This document shows, piece by piece, positions 1 to 8,805 of a DNA stretch of 64,000 nt; positions within the stretch are counted from its first letter, which is position 1; every line of letters starts with the position of its first letter. Under the pieces are notes generated by a model. The model worked only from the letters and a program-made list of their open reading frames with translations. It was not told the origin of the DNA and made no database searches. Origin of the DNA: an uncultured delta proteobacterium (lineage in GTDB: Bacteria; Desulfobacterota; Deferrimicrobia; Deferrimicrobiales; Deferrimicrobiaceae). The position numbers and the translations under genes were made by a program. The stretch lies in assembly GCA_963811025.1 (NCBI GenBank), contig CAWEPX010000033.1, positions 216,414-280,413 of the forward strand. Direction: 5' to 3'.

Positions 1-363
1 CACGGAGGTGACCCTCGCGCTCAAGGGAGGCGAATCGATCTGCTCCGTGATCACGAACGAGAGCGCAGAGGCCCTTGGGCTTGCGAAGGGGAAGGAGGCG
101 TACGCCCTGTTCAAGGCGAGCGTCGTAATCCTCGGCAGGGACCTCCACAACGCCAGGGTCAGCGCCCGGAACATTCTGTGCGGGACGGTGGCCCGGATCG
201 AGCCCGGGGCGGTGAACTCGGAGGTCCGGGTGGCCCTGCCGGGGGGAGCATCCTGACGGCTATCATCACCAAGGAGAGCGCGGAGCGGCTCTTCCTGGCC
301 GAGGGCGAACACGTCTGCGCCCTCGTCAAGGCGTCCAGCGTGATCCTGGGCGTCGACGCCTGA
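1..363 (+). CDS. TOBE/molbindin-repeat protein (ModE/Mop-like), 5' end outside window, frameshift in G-run near 241-250
   Basis: Two TOBE repeats (SVITNESAEALGL..YALFKASVVIL; SARNILCGTV..GAVNSEV..ILTAIITKESAERL..ALVKASSVIL) split over ORFs 8-256 and 178-363. Confidence 0.8.
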   Translation, partial: HGGDPRAQGRRIDLLRDHERERRGPWACEGEGGVRPVQGERRNPRQGPPQRQGQRPEHSVRDGGPDRARGGELGGPGGPAGGSILTAIITKESAERLFLAEGEHVCALVKASSVILGVDA

Positions 364-385
364 ACGCGGGACAGGGAGATTTCGG

Positions 386-1078
386 TTGGACTTCCTCTTC
401 TCCTCGTTCGTCGCCGCCCTCGCGATGATCGGCGACTTCTCCCCGGACGTCGCCGATGCGGTCCGGACGTCCCTCTCCGTCGCCGCGGGGGCGACCGTCT
501 TCGCCTCCCTCCTCGGCGTTCCCCTGGGCCTGTTCGTGGGCCTCGTCGACTTTCCGCTGAAGCCGGCCGTCGTCACGGTCCTCAACACCCTGATGGCCGT
601 CCCGACCGTCGTGGTGGGGCTGGTGGTCTACGGATTCCTGAGCCGCCAGGGTCCGCTGGGGGCGCTCGGACTCCTGTTCACGCCGTCCGCCATCGTGATC
701 GGCGGAGTGCTCCTCACCGCGCCGATCTCGGCGAACTTCGCGATGTCCTCGGCGAAGGGGGCCGATCCCCGCGTCCTGCCGACCGCCCTCACTCTGGGGG
801 CAGGGCGCTTCCGGGCCGTCGCTACGCTGGTCGGCGAGATCCGGTTCGGCATCCTCGCGGGAGTGATCGCCGGTTTCGGCCGGGTCGTCTCGGAAGTCGG
901 CGTTGCGATGATGCTCGGCGGGAACATCCGGGGATACACGCGGACGATGACGACCGCAATCGCGCTGGAGACGAGCAAGGGGGAGTTCGCGTTCGGCCTG
1001 GCGCTCGGGATCGTGCTCATGTCGGTCGCCCTGTTCGTGAACCTCTTCCTTGGATTCCTCCAGCGGAGCAGCCGTTGA
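386..1078 (+). CDS. tupB: Tungstate ABC transporter permease
   Basis: PTVVVGL..LSRQGPLG and GRVVSEVG..GGNIRGYTRTMTTAIALETSKGEF, typical of TupB. Confidence 0.85.
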   Translation: MDFLFSSFVAALAMIGDFSPDVADAVRTSLSVAAGATVFASLLGVPLGLFVGLVDFPLKPAVVTVLNTLMAVPTVVVGLVVYGFLSRQGPLGALGLLFTPSAIVIGGVLLTAPISANFAMSSAKGADPRVLPTALTLGAGRFRAVATLVGEIRFGILAGVIAGFGRVVSEVGVAMMLGGNIRGYTRTMTTAIALETSKGEFAFGLALGIVLMSVALFVNLFLGFLQRSSR

Positions 1079-1743
1079 AGTCCGTCTACCGCCTGCGATC
1101 GGTCCGCAAGGAGTACGGCGCGAAGACCGTGCTCGACATCGATCGCCTGGAGATCTTCGGAGGCCGCCTCTACACGCTGATCGGGGCGAACGGTGCGGGG
1201 AAGAGCACCCTGCTGGGGATCCTGGCGTTTCTCCTTCCCCCGACGGCGGGGGAGATCCTCTACGACGGGGAGCGGATCGACTGGAACGGCGCCTCCCTGG
1301 AGGAGCGGCGCAGGAAGGTCACCCTGCTTCACCAGTCTCCCTATCTCTTTGGCGGGACGGTCTTCGCGAACGTCGCCTACGGCCTGAAGATCCGGGGGAT
1401 CCACGGGGAAGAGCAGCGCCGGATCGTCGAAGAGGCGCTCGACATCGTCGATATGCGGGGATTCCGGGACCGGAAGGCCCGACAGCTGTCCGGCGGTGAA
1501 ACGCAGCGCGTGGCGATGGCCAGAGCGCTGGCGCCCGCTCCCGAAGTTCTCCTGCTCGACGAGCCCCTGGCCAACATCGACCGCGCGACGACCGGCCTGC
1601 TCGAGCCCGTGATCGCATCGCTGCCGTCGCGGGGGACCACCGTCGTCATGACCACGCACAATCCGGAACACCCGAAGCGGCTCAACGGTGAAACGATCTT
1701 CCTGGAAGGGGGGAGGCTCGCTCGTCCGGACCCGCCTGTCTGA
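1075..1743 (+). CDS. tupC: Tungstate ABC transporter ATP-binding subunit
   Basis: Walker A GANGAGKST, LSGGE, LLLDEP; overlaps tupB stop. Confidence 0.8.
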   Translation: MKSVYRLRSVRKEYGAKTVLDIDRLEIFGGRLYTLIGANGAGKSTLLGILAFLLPPTAGEILYDGERIDWNGASLEERRRKVTLLHQSPYLFGGTVFANVAYGLKIRGIHGEEQRRIVEEALDIVDMRGFRDRKARQLSGGETQRVAMARALAPAPEVLLLDEPLANIDRATTGLLEPVIASLPSRGTTVVMTTHNPEHPKRLNGETIFLEGGRLARPDPPV

Positions 1744-1762
1744 AAGGGGAGACGAGGGCGGA

Positions 1763-2113
1763 TCACCCTTTTCGGATGATCGTCCCCACCGGCTCGCCGT
1801 TCAGGGCCTTCGACAGGTTTCCTTCCTCGAGGCCGTTGACGATCTGGATCTTGTCGATGACCTCGCTGTTCCCGAGAATGTCGAGGCACGGCCGTTCGAT
1901 GACGAGATCGTCGAAATCCTTCTCCTGGAGCTCGCTGGCGCGGATCTCGGGAATGAACACGGCGTTCTTCCTTTTTTTCGGGTCGTCGGTGTAGAGGCCC
2001 TTCTCGTCCTTGACCAGGATGCAGTTTTTCGCGCCGATCAGGTCCGCCAGGATCATCGTGCCGAAGTCCGAGTCCTTGTTGTCCGTATCGTCCAGGCCGA
2101 TGTACGCACGCAT
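1763..2113 (-). pseudogene. Chimeric relic: C-terminal ~100 aa of a molybdenum storage protein (MosB-like, amino-acid-kinase fold) behind an unrelated 19-aa N-terminus
   Basis: VKDEKGLYTDDPKK..FIPEI..IQIVNGLEEGNLSKALNGEPVGTII resembles the MoSto beta C-terminus; the N-terminal part of the fold is missing. Confidence 0.6.
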
Positions 2114-2249
2114 GATGAGGTAGATGATAGCACGTCGGCGACCGGCGCAGGAATCCCGGACGACATGAGGATTTCCGGGACGTTATCGGGCTCGTATGGG
2201 GTATACTGGGCGGACCCGGTGCGGACAGTTCTCCCGAAGAGGACCTGCC

Positions 2250-3464
2250 ATGCCCACGTTCGAGGAAGCGCGAAAGATCATTCTTGCCGAGGTCGCCCCG
2301 CTCGGAGCGGAGCGGGTCGAGCTCCTGTCGGCGCTGGGCAGGGTTCTTGCCGAGGACGCGACGGCTCCCTGGGATCTGCCGCTGTGCGACAATTCCGCCA
2401 TGGACGGGTTCGCGGTACGCGCGGCAGACTGCCGGGAAGGGGTTTCGTTGCGGGTCATCGGCAACATCCCCGCCGGCGAGACGCCGACCCTTTCCCTGGA
2501 GCCCGGGTGCGCCGTCCGGATCATGACCGGCGCCCCCGTTCCGGCCGGCTGCGACGCGGTCGTGCCGATCGAGGAGACCGACGGAGGGGACGGAGTCGTG
2601 ACGCTCCGGGCGAAGGTGAAACCCCGCCAGCACGTCCGCTTCCGGGGGGAGGACGTCCGCAGCGGCGACGCGGTCCTTGCGGCGGGCACCGCCATCGGCC
2701 CTCCGGAGATCAGCCTGCTCGCCTCCCTGAACCAGGCGGTCGTTCCGGTGGTGCGCAGGGCCAGGGTGGCGATCGTCTCCACGGGAGACGAGCTGATCGA
2801 GATGGGAGTGCAGCCGTCGGGCGGCAAGATCGTCAACAGCAATTCCCTATCACTGGCGGCATCGGTCCGCGGCGCGGGGGCGGAGCCGGTGAACCTCGGC
2901 ATCGTCCCCGACGACCGGAAAAGCCACCTGGAGAGGCTCTCGGAGGGGCTTACGGCCGACGTCCTGATCACCTCCGCCGGGGTGTCGGCGGGCGACCGCG
3001 ACCTGGTGCGCGACTGCCTCGCCGAGCTCGGCGTGCGGCAGCTCTTCTGGAGGGTGGACATCAAGCCGGGCGGGCCCCTGGCCTTCGGGGTCAAGGAGGG
3101 GAAGCCGGTCTTCTCCCTTCCCGGCAACCCGGTCTCCGCGATGATCACGTTCGAGGAGTTCGTCCGGCCGGCGCTCCTCCGCATGATGGGACACAAGAGG
3201 GTGATCAAGCCGACCGTGCGGGCGGTCCTTCGTGGGGAGGTGCGGAAGAAGCCGGGGAAAGTGCAGTTCCTGCGAGTCCGGGTCGAGGTGGAGGACGGAG
3301 TCTACCGGGCGGCCTCTGCCGGCGATCAGAACACCGCTATCCTTACGACCATGGTCCGGGCGAACGGCATCGCGGTGCTGGCGAAGGAGAAGACCGTGTT
3401 CTCCGCCGGGGAGGAGGTTCCGGTGCACTTCTTCCGCGATGGCGCGGAGATGACGGAGGAGTAG
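2250..3464 (+). CDS. moeA: Molybdopterin molybdotransferase
   Basis: NSAMDGFA, RIMTGAPVP, STGDEL, GVSAGDRD, LPGNPVSA. Confidence 0.95.
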   Translation: MPTFEEARKIILAEVAPLGAERVELLSALGRVLAEDATAPWDLPLCDNSAMDGFAVRAADCREGVSLRVIGNIPAGETPTLSLEPGCAVRIMTGAPVPAGCDAVVPIEETDGGDGVVTLRAKVKPRQHVRFRGEDVRSGDAVLAAGTAIGPPEISLLASLNQAVVPVVRRARVAIVSTGDELIEMGVQPSGGKIVNSNSLSLAASVRGAGAEPVNLGIVPDDRKSHLERLSEGLTADVLITSAGVSAGDRDLVRDCLAELGVRQLFWRVDIKPGGPLAFGVKEGKPVFSLPGNPVSAMITFEEFVRPALLRMMGHKRVIKPTVRAVLRGEVRKKPGKVQFLRVRVEVEDGVYRAASAGDQNTAILTTMVRANGIAVLAKEKTVFSAGEEVPVHFFRDGAEMTEE

Positions 3465-3467
3465 CGC

Positions 3468-3956
3468 ATGGCGTTCAGCCATTTCGACGCGAAGGGCCGC
3501 GCGGTCATGGTAGACGTGAGCGACAAGGGACCGACGCTGCGGACCGCCGTGGCCGAGGCCTTGGTCGTCATGCGCCCGGAGACGCTTTCCGCCGTCCTCG
3601 AGGGCCGGATGACGAAAGGGGACGTGCTCGGCGTGGCCCGGATCGCGGGAATCGCCGCCGCGAAGCGGACGCCGGAGCTGATCCCCCTGTCCCATCCCAT
3701 CGCCGTCCACCATGCCGGGATCGATTTCTCCCCCGATCCGGAGAGCGGGACGATCGCCGTCGTCGCGACGATCCGCGCATTCGAGCGGACCGGCGTGGAG
3801 ATGGAGGCGATGATGGCCGTGTCGGTCGCCGCCCTGGCGATCTACGACATGTGCAAGGGAACGGACCGGTCGATCGTCGTCCGCGAGATCTCCCTCCTCT
3901 CGAAGGAGGGGGGGAAGAGCGGAACGTACCGGAAGGCGGGCAGGGAAGGCGGCTGA
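3468..3956 (+). CDS. moaC: Cyclic pyranopterin monophosphate synthase
   Basis: MVDVSDK, KGDVL..ARIAGIAAAKRT.ELIPL.H, TGVEMEA, YDMCK. Confidence 0.95.
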   Translation: MAFSHFDAKGRAVMVDVSDKGPTLRTAVAEALVVMRPETLSAVLEGRMTKGDVLGVARIAGIAAAKRTPELIPLSHPIAVHHAGIDFSPDPESGTIAVVATIRAFERTGVEMEAMMAVSVAALAIYDMCKGTDRSIVVREISLLSKEGGKSGTYRKAGREGG

Positions 3957-4059
3957 AGCAGCCGGCGGCCCCTCCTCGTCGGGAGCGACGACGAGCGTCG
4001 TTCCGTCCAGGTCCGGACCGCAACGAATTCGCCCCGGTCGATCGCGCGGCCGCCGTCCC

Positions 4060-4369
4060 CGCGCCCGGGGACAACGCGGTCGTGACGCTCACGTTCCCCT
4101 CCCAGTCTTCCGGCACCGCGCACTACAAGGTCGGTCCCGGCGGTTTCGCCGAGTTCGCGGGGGCGACGATCAACACTGACAATGTCGTCCTGTTCCTTAC
4201 GGACGGCGGGAGCGGAGACAACGACAACACGGCCGACTCCGTGATCACCGACCCGGGAGGGCTTGCCTCGCCGGTTCCCTCCTCTTCCGGCGGAGGGGGC
4301 GGAGGATGTTCCGCCACGGGATCGGGAACGGCATGGCACGGCGGGAACAAAAACCACTACAAGCGCTAG
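4060..4369 (+). pseudogene. Orphan C-terminal fragment of a surface protein (choice-of-anchor U-like end plus GGGGGC sorting-signal start)
   Basis: LFLTDGGSGDND..ITDPGG..SSSGGGGGGCS; no start codon or RBS and no following TM helix. Confidence 0.5.
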
Positions 4370-4534
4370 AAGACCAGCAGGCGGAGGAATTAGCACGGCG
4401 GACAGCGCGTCGTCGATCTGGACGTCCGCCCGGGGGACGGAGCGGGGAGGAAAGATCCCCTCCATATCGCCGGAAACGGTGTAATATAGCCAATTGTCGA
4501 TCCGTTCATCTGGAGACAAGGGGGAACCAGGAAC

Positions 4535-5473
4535 ATGCCGGGGATCCGTCAGGACGTCCGAATCCACGACCTTCGAAGCGCCATCGGCAACACGCCTCTC
4601 GTCGAGCTTCGATCCGTCAATCCCAATCCGCGTGTCCGTATCCTCGCCAAGCTCGAGGGGAACAACCCCGGCGGGTCGGTCAAGGATCGACCCGCGTGCT
4701 TCATGCTCCTGGGGGCCGAGGAACGGGGGGACCTGACCTCGGGAAGAACGATCCTCGAGCCGACGTCGGGGAACACCGGCATCGCCCTTGCCATGCTCGG
4801 TGCGGCGCGGGGCTACCGTGTTCGCCTCGTCATGCCTGCCTGCGTGAGCCTCGAGCGGCGGTCGGTCCTTGCGGCCTTCGGCGCGGAACTCGTGCTCTCG
4901 CCCGCCGAGGAAGGGACCGACGGCGCGATCCACCTCGCCTACCGGATCCTCGAGGAGGAGCCGGACCGCTACTACATGCCGAACCAGTATGCCAATCCGG
5001 ACAACGTCCGGGCGCACCGGGAGACGACGGGCCCGGAGATCTTCTCCCAGACCGCCGGGGACATCGACTGTTTCGTGGCCGGCATGGGGACGGGAGGGAC
5101 GCTCATGGGAGTCGCCGGGTATCTCCGGGAGACGAAGCCCTCCGTGAAGGTCGTCGGCGTGGAACCCACGCTCGGGCACAGGATCCAGGGGCTCAAGAAC
5201 ATGAAGGAGGCGATCGTCCCCTCGATCTACCGGGAGGAGAACCTGGACGGGAAAATAGTCGTCGACGACGAGTCTGCCTTCGAGACGGCCCGAAGACTGG
5301 CGGTCGCGGAAGGGCTCTTCGTGGGCATGTCGAGCGGCGCCGCGGTGGCGGGCGCCATCGAGATGGCGAAGCAGATCACGGGTGGAACGATCGTGACGCT
5401 GCTCCCCGACCGCGGGGACAGGTACCTGAGCACGAACCTGTTCCGGTCCACGTGCGCGAGCTGCCCTCCGTAG
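4535..5473 (+). CDS. cysM: Cysteine synthase B family (PLP)
   Basis: IGNTPLV, KLEGNNPGGSVKDR, EPTSGNTG, GMGTGGT, GMSSGA. Confidence 0.9.
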   Translation: MPGIRQDVRIHDLRSAIGNTPLVELRSVNPNPRVRILAKLEGNNPGGSVKDRPACFMLLGAEERGDLTSGRTILEPTSGNTGIALAMLGAARGYRVRLVMPACVSLERRSVLAAFGAELVLSPAEEGTDGAIHLAYRILEEEPDRYYMPNQYANPDNVRAHRETTGPEIFSQTAGDIDCFVAGMGTGGTLMGVAGYLRETKPSVKVVGVEPTLGHRIQGLKNMKEAIVPSIYREENLDGKIVVDDESAFETARRLAVAEGLFVGMSSGAAVAGAIEMAKQITGGTIVTLLPDRGDRYLSTNLFRSTCASCPP

Positions 5474-5600
5474 ACCGGTTCGAGTGTTTGCCCGCGTTTC
5501 CTCCACCGCGTCTCGTCGATTCCCGCGAAACTGACCGCCGATCCGGCCGTTCCGACCGGATATTTCCGGTAGTTGGCAGTATGCCGCGTTCGCAAACCGC

Positions 5601-5642
5601 TTGATCCCGGTCAAGGACGCGCCGCGCGTCCTCGGGGACAAT
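5601..5642 (+). promoter_or_regulatory. CRP/FNR-family (FNR/DNR/HcpR-like) box with class II promoter geometry
   Basis: TTGAT-CCCG-GTCAA at 5601-5614; -10-like GACAAT at 5637-5642 puts the box centre at about -41.5. Confidence 0.6.
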
Positions 5643-5667
5643 GGGGCCAAACGAAGAAGGAGGCCCC

Positions 5668-6471
5668 ATGGAGCGGTTCCTGCAAAGCCCCATCAAGGAG
5701 TTGATCGGACGGTTCCCGGCGCTCGGGAAGATCCTCGAGGACTACGCCATCGGATGCGTCCCGTGCAGCGTGGGCACCTGCCTGTTGCGCGACATCGTCG
5801 AGATCCACAACCTCTGCCCCGGGGACGAGGAGGAGCTGATGGGCAGGATCGCTGGCGTAGTGGCCCCCGGCCAGGAGGTGGCGATCCCGCGGTCGGGAAG
5901 AGACCGGGCGGCAGGCCCTCGGAAGGTCTCCTATTCGCCGCCGATGAAGATGCTGGTGGAGGAACACCGGCGGATCCTGCGCTTCGTCGCCCTCGTCCCG
6001 GCGCTTGCCGCGGGGCTCGATGTGGAGTCCGGCGAAGGACGCGGGCGTATCCTCGACGCGGTGGACTTCATACGCTCCTACGCGGACCGGTTCCACCACG
6101 CGAAGGAGGAAGAACTCCTCTTCGCCCGTTTCGACGAGGAGCTGGATATCCTCAAGGCGATGCACGAGGACCACCGCAGGGGCAGGGCCTGCGTGCAGGG
6201 CGTTCTCGACGCGCTCGGGCGCCGCGACGCGGAGGGAGTCTCGAGGAACCTGGCGGAGTACGGGGAGATCCTGACGGAGCACATCCGGAAGGAGGACGAG
6301 ATCCTGTACCCCTGGATGGACCGGAACCTGACCACCCGCCAGGTGGGCGAGCTCTATGCGCGGTTCCGGGAGGTGGACGAAGCATTTCTCGAGGCGGGGG
6401 AGCGGTACGAGGCGTTCGTAAGCGATCTGGAGGGACAATATCTCGATACAGGTGCGGAGGTGGTACGATGA
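5668..6471 (+). CDS. Hemerythrin-domain protein with N-terminal Cys-containing (DUF1858/ScdA_N-like) domain
   Basis: IGCVPC..C N-domain; EEH, FHHAKEEELLF, HEDH, EHIRKEDEILYP. Confidence 0.8.
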   Translation: MERFLQSPIKELIGRFPALGKILEDYAIGCVPCSVGTCLLRDIVEIHNLCPGDEEELMGRIAGVVAPGQEVAIPRSGRDRAAGPRKVSYSPPMKMLVEEHRRILRFVALVPALAAGLDVESGEGRGRILDAVDFIRSYADRFHHAKEEELLFARFDEELDILKAMHEDHRRGRACVQGVLDALGRRDAEGVSRNLAEYGEILTEHIRKEDEILYPWMDRNLTTRQVGELYARFREVDEAFLEAGERYEAFVSDLEGQYLDTGAEVVR

Positions 6472-6938
6472 GCGGATTTTCCGGTTGTCCGGGTTCCCGG
6501 ATGTTCGAGTTCAAGAAGGAGGACGCCCCCGAGGGAGCGGCGGATGTGAAGGTCGCCTCGCAGCTGCGGCAGTGGCCGATCCAGCTGCACCTGGTCTCCC
6601 CGGCGGCGCCGTACTACCAGGAAGCGGACGTTCTCCTGGCGGCCGACTGCGCGGCGTTCGCCATGGGCAATTTCCACAACGAGCACCTCAAGGGGAAGGC
6701 CCTGGCGATCGCCTGTCCGAAGCTGGACGGGGGACAGGAGACCTACGTCGCCAAGATCAAGGCCTTGTTCGAGGAGGCCCGGATCAACACGTTGACGATC
6801 CTGATCATGCAGGTCCCGTGCTGTCACGGTCTGGTCGCGCTGGTGAGCGAGGCCCTTCAGGCGAGCAGCCGCAAGGTGCCCGTGCGCTACGTGGTGGCGA
6901 GCCTCCAGGGCGAGGTACTGCAGGAGGAATGGCTCTAG
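6468..6938 (+). CDS. Cys-rich Fe-S-binding protein of the type usually found beside hcp, lacking the N-terminal ferredoxin
   Basis: GCPGS, SQLRQWPIQLHLV, AADC, IACPKLD, MQVPCC; ATGA overlap with upstream gene. Confidence 0.7.
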   Translation: MSGFSGCPGSRMFEFKKEDAPEGAADVKVASQLRQWPIQLHLVSPAAPYYQEADVLLAADCAAFAMGNFHNEHLKGKALAIACPKLDGGQETYVAKIKALFEEARINTLTILIMQVPCCHGLVALVSEALQASSRKVPVRYVVASLQGEVLQEEWL

Positions 6939-6955
6939 CCCGGCCGGCCGGGCAG

Positions 6956-7900
6956 TCAGCGGGGCCCGGGCGATGACGCCGTAGACGCGCCGCGACCGCT
7001 TCGGACCGTTTCCCGGACCGGCTGCCGCTTCGAGACGTCCACGACGAGACCGCTTCGCTCCCGGTTCGCCTTCTTCACCTTGCCGGGATCGATGCGATCC
7101 GCCAGGCCCTTCGCGTTCAGCAGCTTCTGCGCGTCCCGGTAGAGGTCCCGGCCGTCCCCGTAATCGTGGACTTCCAGAAAGACGCGGTCTCCCTCGGCGG
7201 CGACCTTCACGGGCTGGTTGACCACCACGACCGGCGTTCCGTTGTCCACCATTCCGAACAGGCGAGCAATGTCTTCCTCGTACAGCCTGATGCAACCGTG
7301 GGTGTTGCGAGTCCCGATGCCCCACGGCCGGTTGGTACCATGGATCAGCACCGTCCCGTTCGAAAGGCGCAATGCGCGGCTTCCCATCGGGTTGTCCGGG
7401 CCGGGGGGGACCACGGCGGGAAGGTCGGGCCGTTCCTTGCGTATGCTTTCCGGGACGTGCCACGGCGGGTCTTTGATCTTGTCTACGACGGAAAACTTCC
7501 CGACCGGCGTCTCCGTACCCTGGTCGCCGACGCTGATCGGGAAGGAGGAGATCGTTCCCCAGTCGCGGGGAGGAATAAGAAAAAGCCGCATTTCCGCAAT
7601 GTTGATGACGATTCCCCTCCGGATCGGTACGTCCGGGAGAATCCATTCGGTGGGGAGCACGATCCTTCTGCCCGGATCGGGGACGAACGGATCGACGCCG
7701 GGATTGGCGGCGGTAATCGCCGTGTAACCGAGATCGAATTCCCTGGCGACCTCGAAAAGGGAATCATCGGCCCTGACCGCGTAGGCCTGTCGCGCGCCGA
7801 CCAGGGCCCCGTCCCGCCGATATTCCCCGGCAGCGGAGCGCGTCGGCGTCGACGTTGCGGTCAGGATCGCCAGCGAAGCCACGAACAGTACTTTTCTCAA
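6956..7900 (-). CDS. L,D-transpeptidase (ErfK/YbiS/YcfS/YnhG family) with LysM
   Basis: Signal peptide, LysM (AANPGVDP), INIAEMRLF, catalytic IHGTN..THGCIRL; TTG start inferred. Confidence 0.9.
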   Translation of the reverse strand: MRKVLFVASLAILTATSTPTRSAAGEYRRDGALVGARQAYAVRADDSLFEVAREFDLGYTAITAANPGVDPFVPDPGRRIVLPTEWILPDVPIRRGIVINIAEMRLFLIPPRDWGTISSFPISVGDQGTETPVGKFSVVDKIKDPPWHVPESIRKERPDLPAVVPPGPDNPMGSRALRLSNGTVLIHGTNRPWGIGTRNTHGCIRLYEEDIARLFGMVDNGTPVVVVNQPVKVAAEGDRVFLEVHDYGDGRDLYRDAQKLLNAKGLADRIDPGKVKKANRERSGLVVDVSKRQPVRETVRSGRGASTASSPGPR

Positions 7901-7936
7901 GAGACAGGCCCTTCTTCTCTTGCGACGGCAATCTAA

Positions 7937-8105
7937 GTACTCCGTTTCACAAATACGGTTGCATTCGAGCGCCGCTGCATCCGCTCCAGCTTCGTTGCGC
8001 TCCTTGCGCCGCGTACTGCTACGAGTACGGCTCATTCGACGCGCCGTAGCAAGACGCGGCGCATCGACGCTCTCGGTGCGACACCGTATTTATGAAGCGG
8101 AGTAC
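7937..8105. mobile_element. 169-bp MITE-like element with terminal inverted repeats and TAA target duplication
   Basis: Left GTACTCCGTTTCACAAATACGGT, right ACCGTATTTATGAAGCGGAGTAC (23 bp, 2 mismatches); TAA at 7934-7936 and 8106-8108; no coding capacity. Confidence 0.7.
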
Positions 8106-8107
8106 TA

Positions 8108-8138
8108 AGGAGGGACCGGGCGCATCCCGGCCCCTCCT
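8108..8138 (-). terminator. GC-rich hairpin after lipoprotein gene
   Basis: AGGAGGGACCGGG-CGCAT-CCCGGCCCCTCCT; U-tract weak. Confidence 0.45.
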
Positions 8139-8154
8139 CGTCCTGTCCCGCTCC

Positions 8155-8544
8155 CTACTTTTTCTGCTGCAGCCGGAACATCTTTTCGGTCTTCGCGGCG
8201 GCTTTTTCGGCTGCCTTGGCCGCCTGCTCGGCCCTCTCGGCCGCAGCCTGGGCACTGGCCGTGTTCTCGCCGGCGCGCATCGCTTCGGCTTCCGCCTTGT
8301 TCGCCATGTCCATGGCCTTTTGCGCCATGCCCTTCGCTTCCTCGAGCGCCGCGCGATCGGTCTTGGCCATCTCGGCGTCCTTCGACATCTGGACGAGTTT
8401 CGCGTCGATCGCATCCAGTCTCGTCTCGATCCGCCCGATCCGTTCGGAGAGCGGGTCCACCTGTGACTTGACGTACGCCTTCGTCGCGCACCCGGTCGCG
8501 AACGCCAGAGCGACCGATACGACCACAACCGCAAGCTTCCTCAT
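8155..8544 (-). CDS. Alanine-zipper outer-membrane lipoprotein (Lpp/OprI-like)
   Basis: Lipobox ATGC, Ala-rich coiled coil, C-terminal ..MFRLQQKK. Confidence 0.8.
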   Translation of the reverse strand: MRKLAVVVVSVALAFATGCATKAYVKSQVDPLSERIGRIETRLDAIDAKLVQMSKDAEMAKTDRAALEEAKGMAQKAMDMANKAEAEAMRAGENTASAQAAAERAEQAAKAAEKAAAKTEKMFRLQQKK

Positions 8545-8589
8545 ACGTTTTTCCCTCCTGCAGCGGATGAATTTGGCCTCGATACCGCC

Positions 8590-8618
8590 ATCATGACGCA
8601 GCCGATTCCCGGGTGCAA
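8590..8618 (-). promoter_or_regulatory. Putative sigma70 promoter of lipoprotein gene
   Basis: Minus strand TTGCAC-N17-CATGAT. Confidence 0.35.
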
Positions 8619-8805
8619 TCCCGTTTTTCGCGGGAATCGACGAAGCGCGAAACGAAAGCCGACCGTCAAGGGAAAATGCCGTCGTCCGGAACGAACCGAA
8701 CGCATCACCCAGATAAAAAAGGCCCGAGTGAGAAACGATGCCAGGGTCTGGCTGCATCGTATAAGAAGATAACGATCACGATCGGTGAGAAAGGAGATAC
8801 CAATA

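Noticed and set aside
8768-8786. Fur/PerR-like box before sodA (GATAACGATCACGATC)
   Set aside because: Only about 11 of 19 positions match the Fur consensus; too weak.
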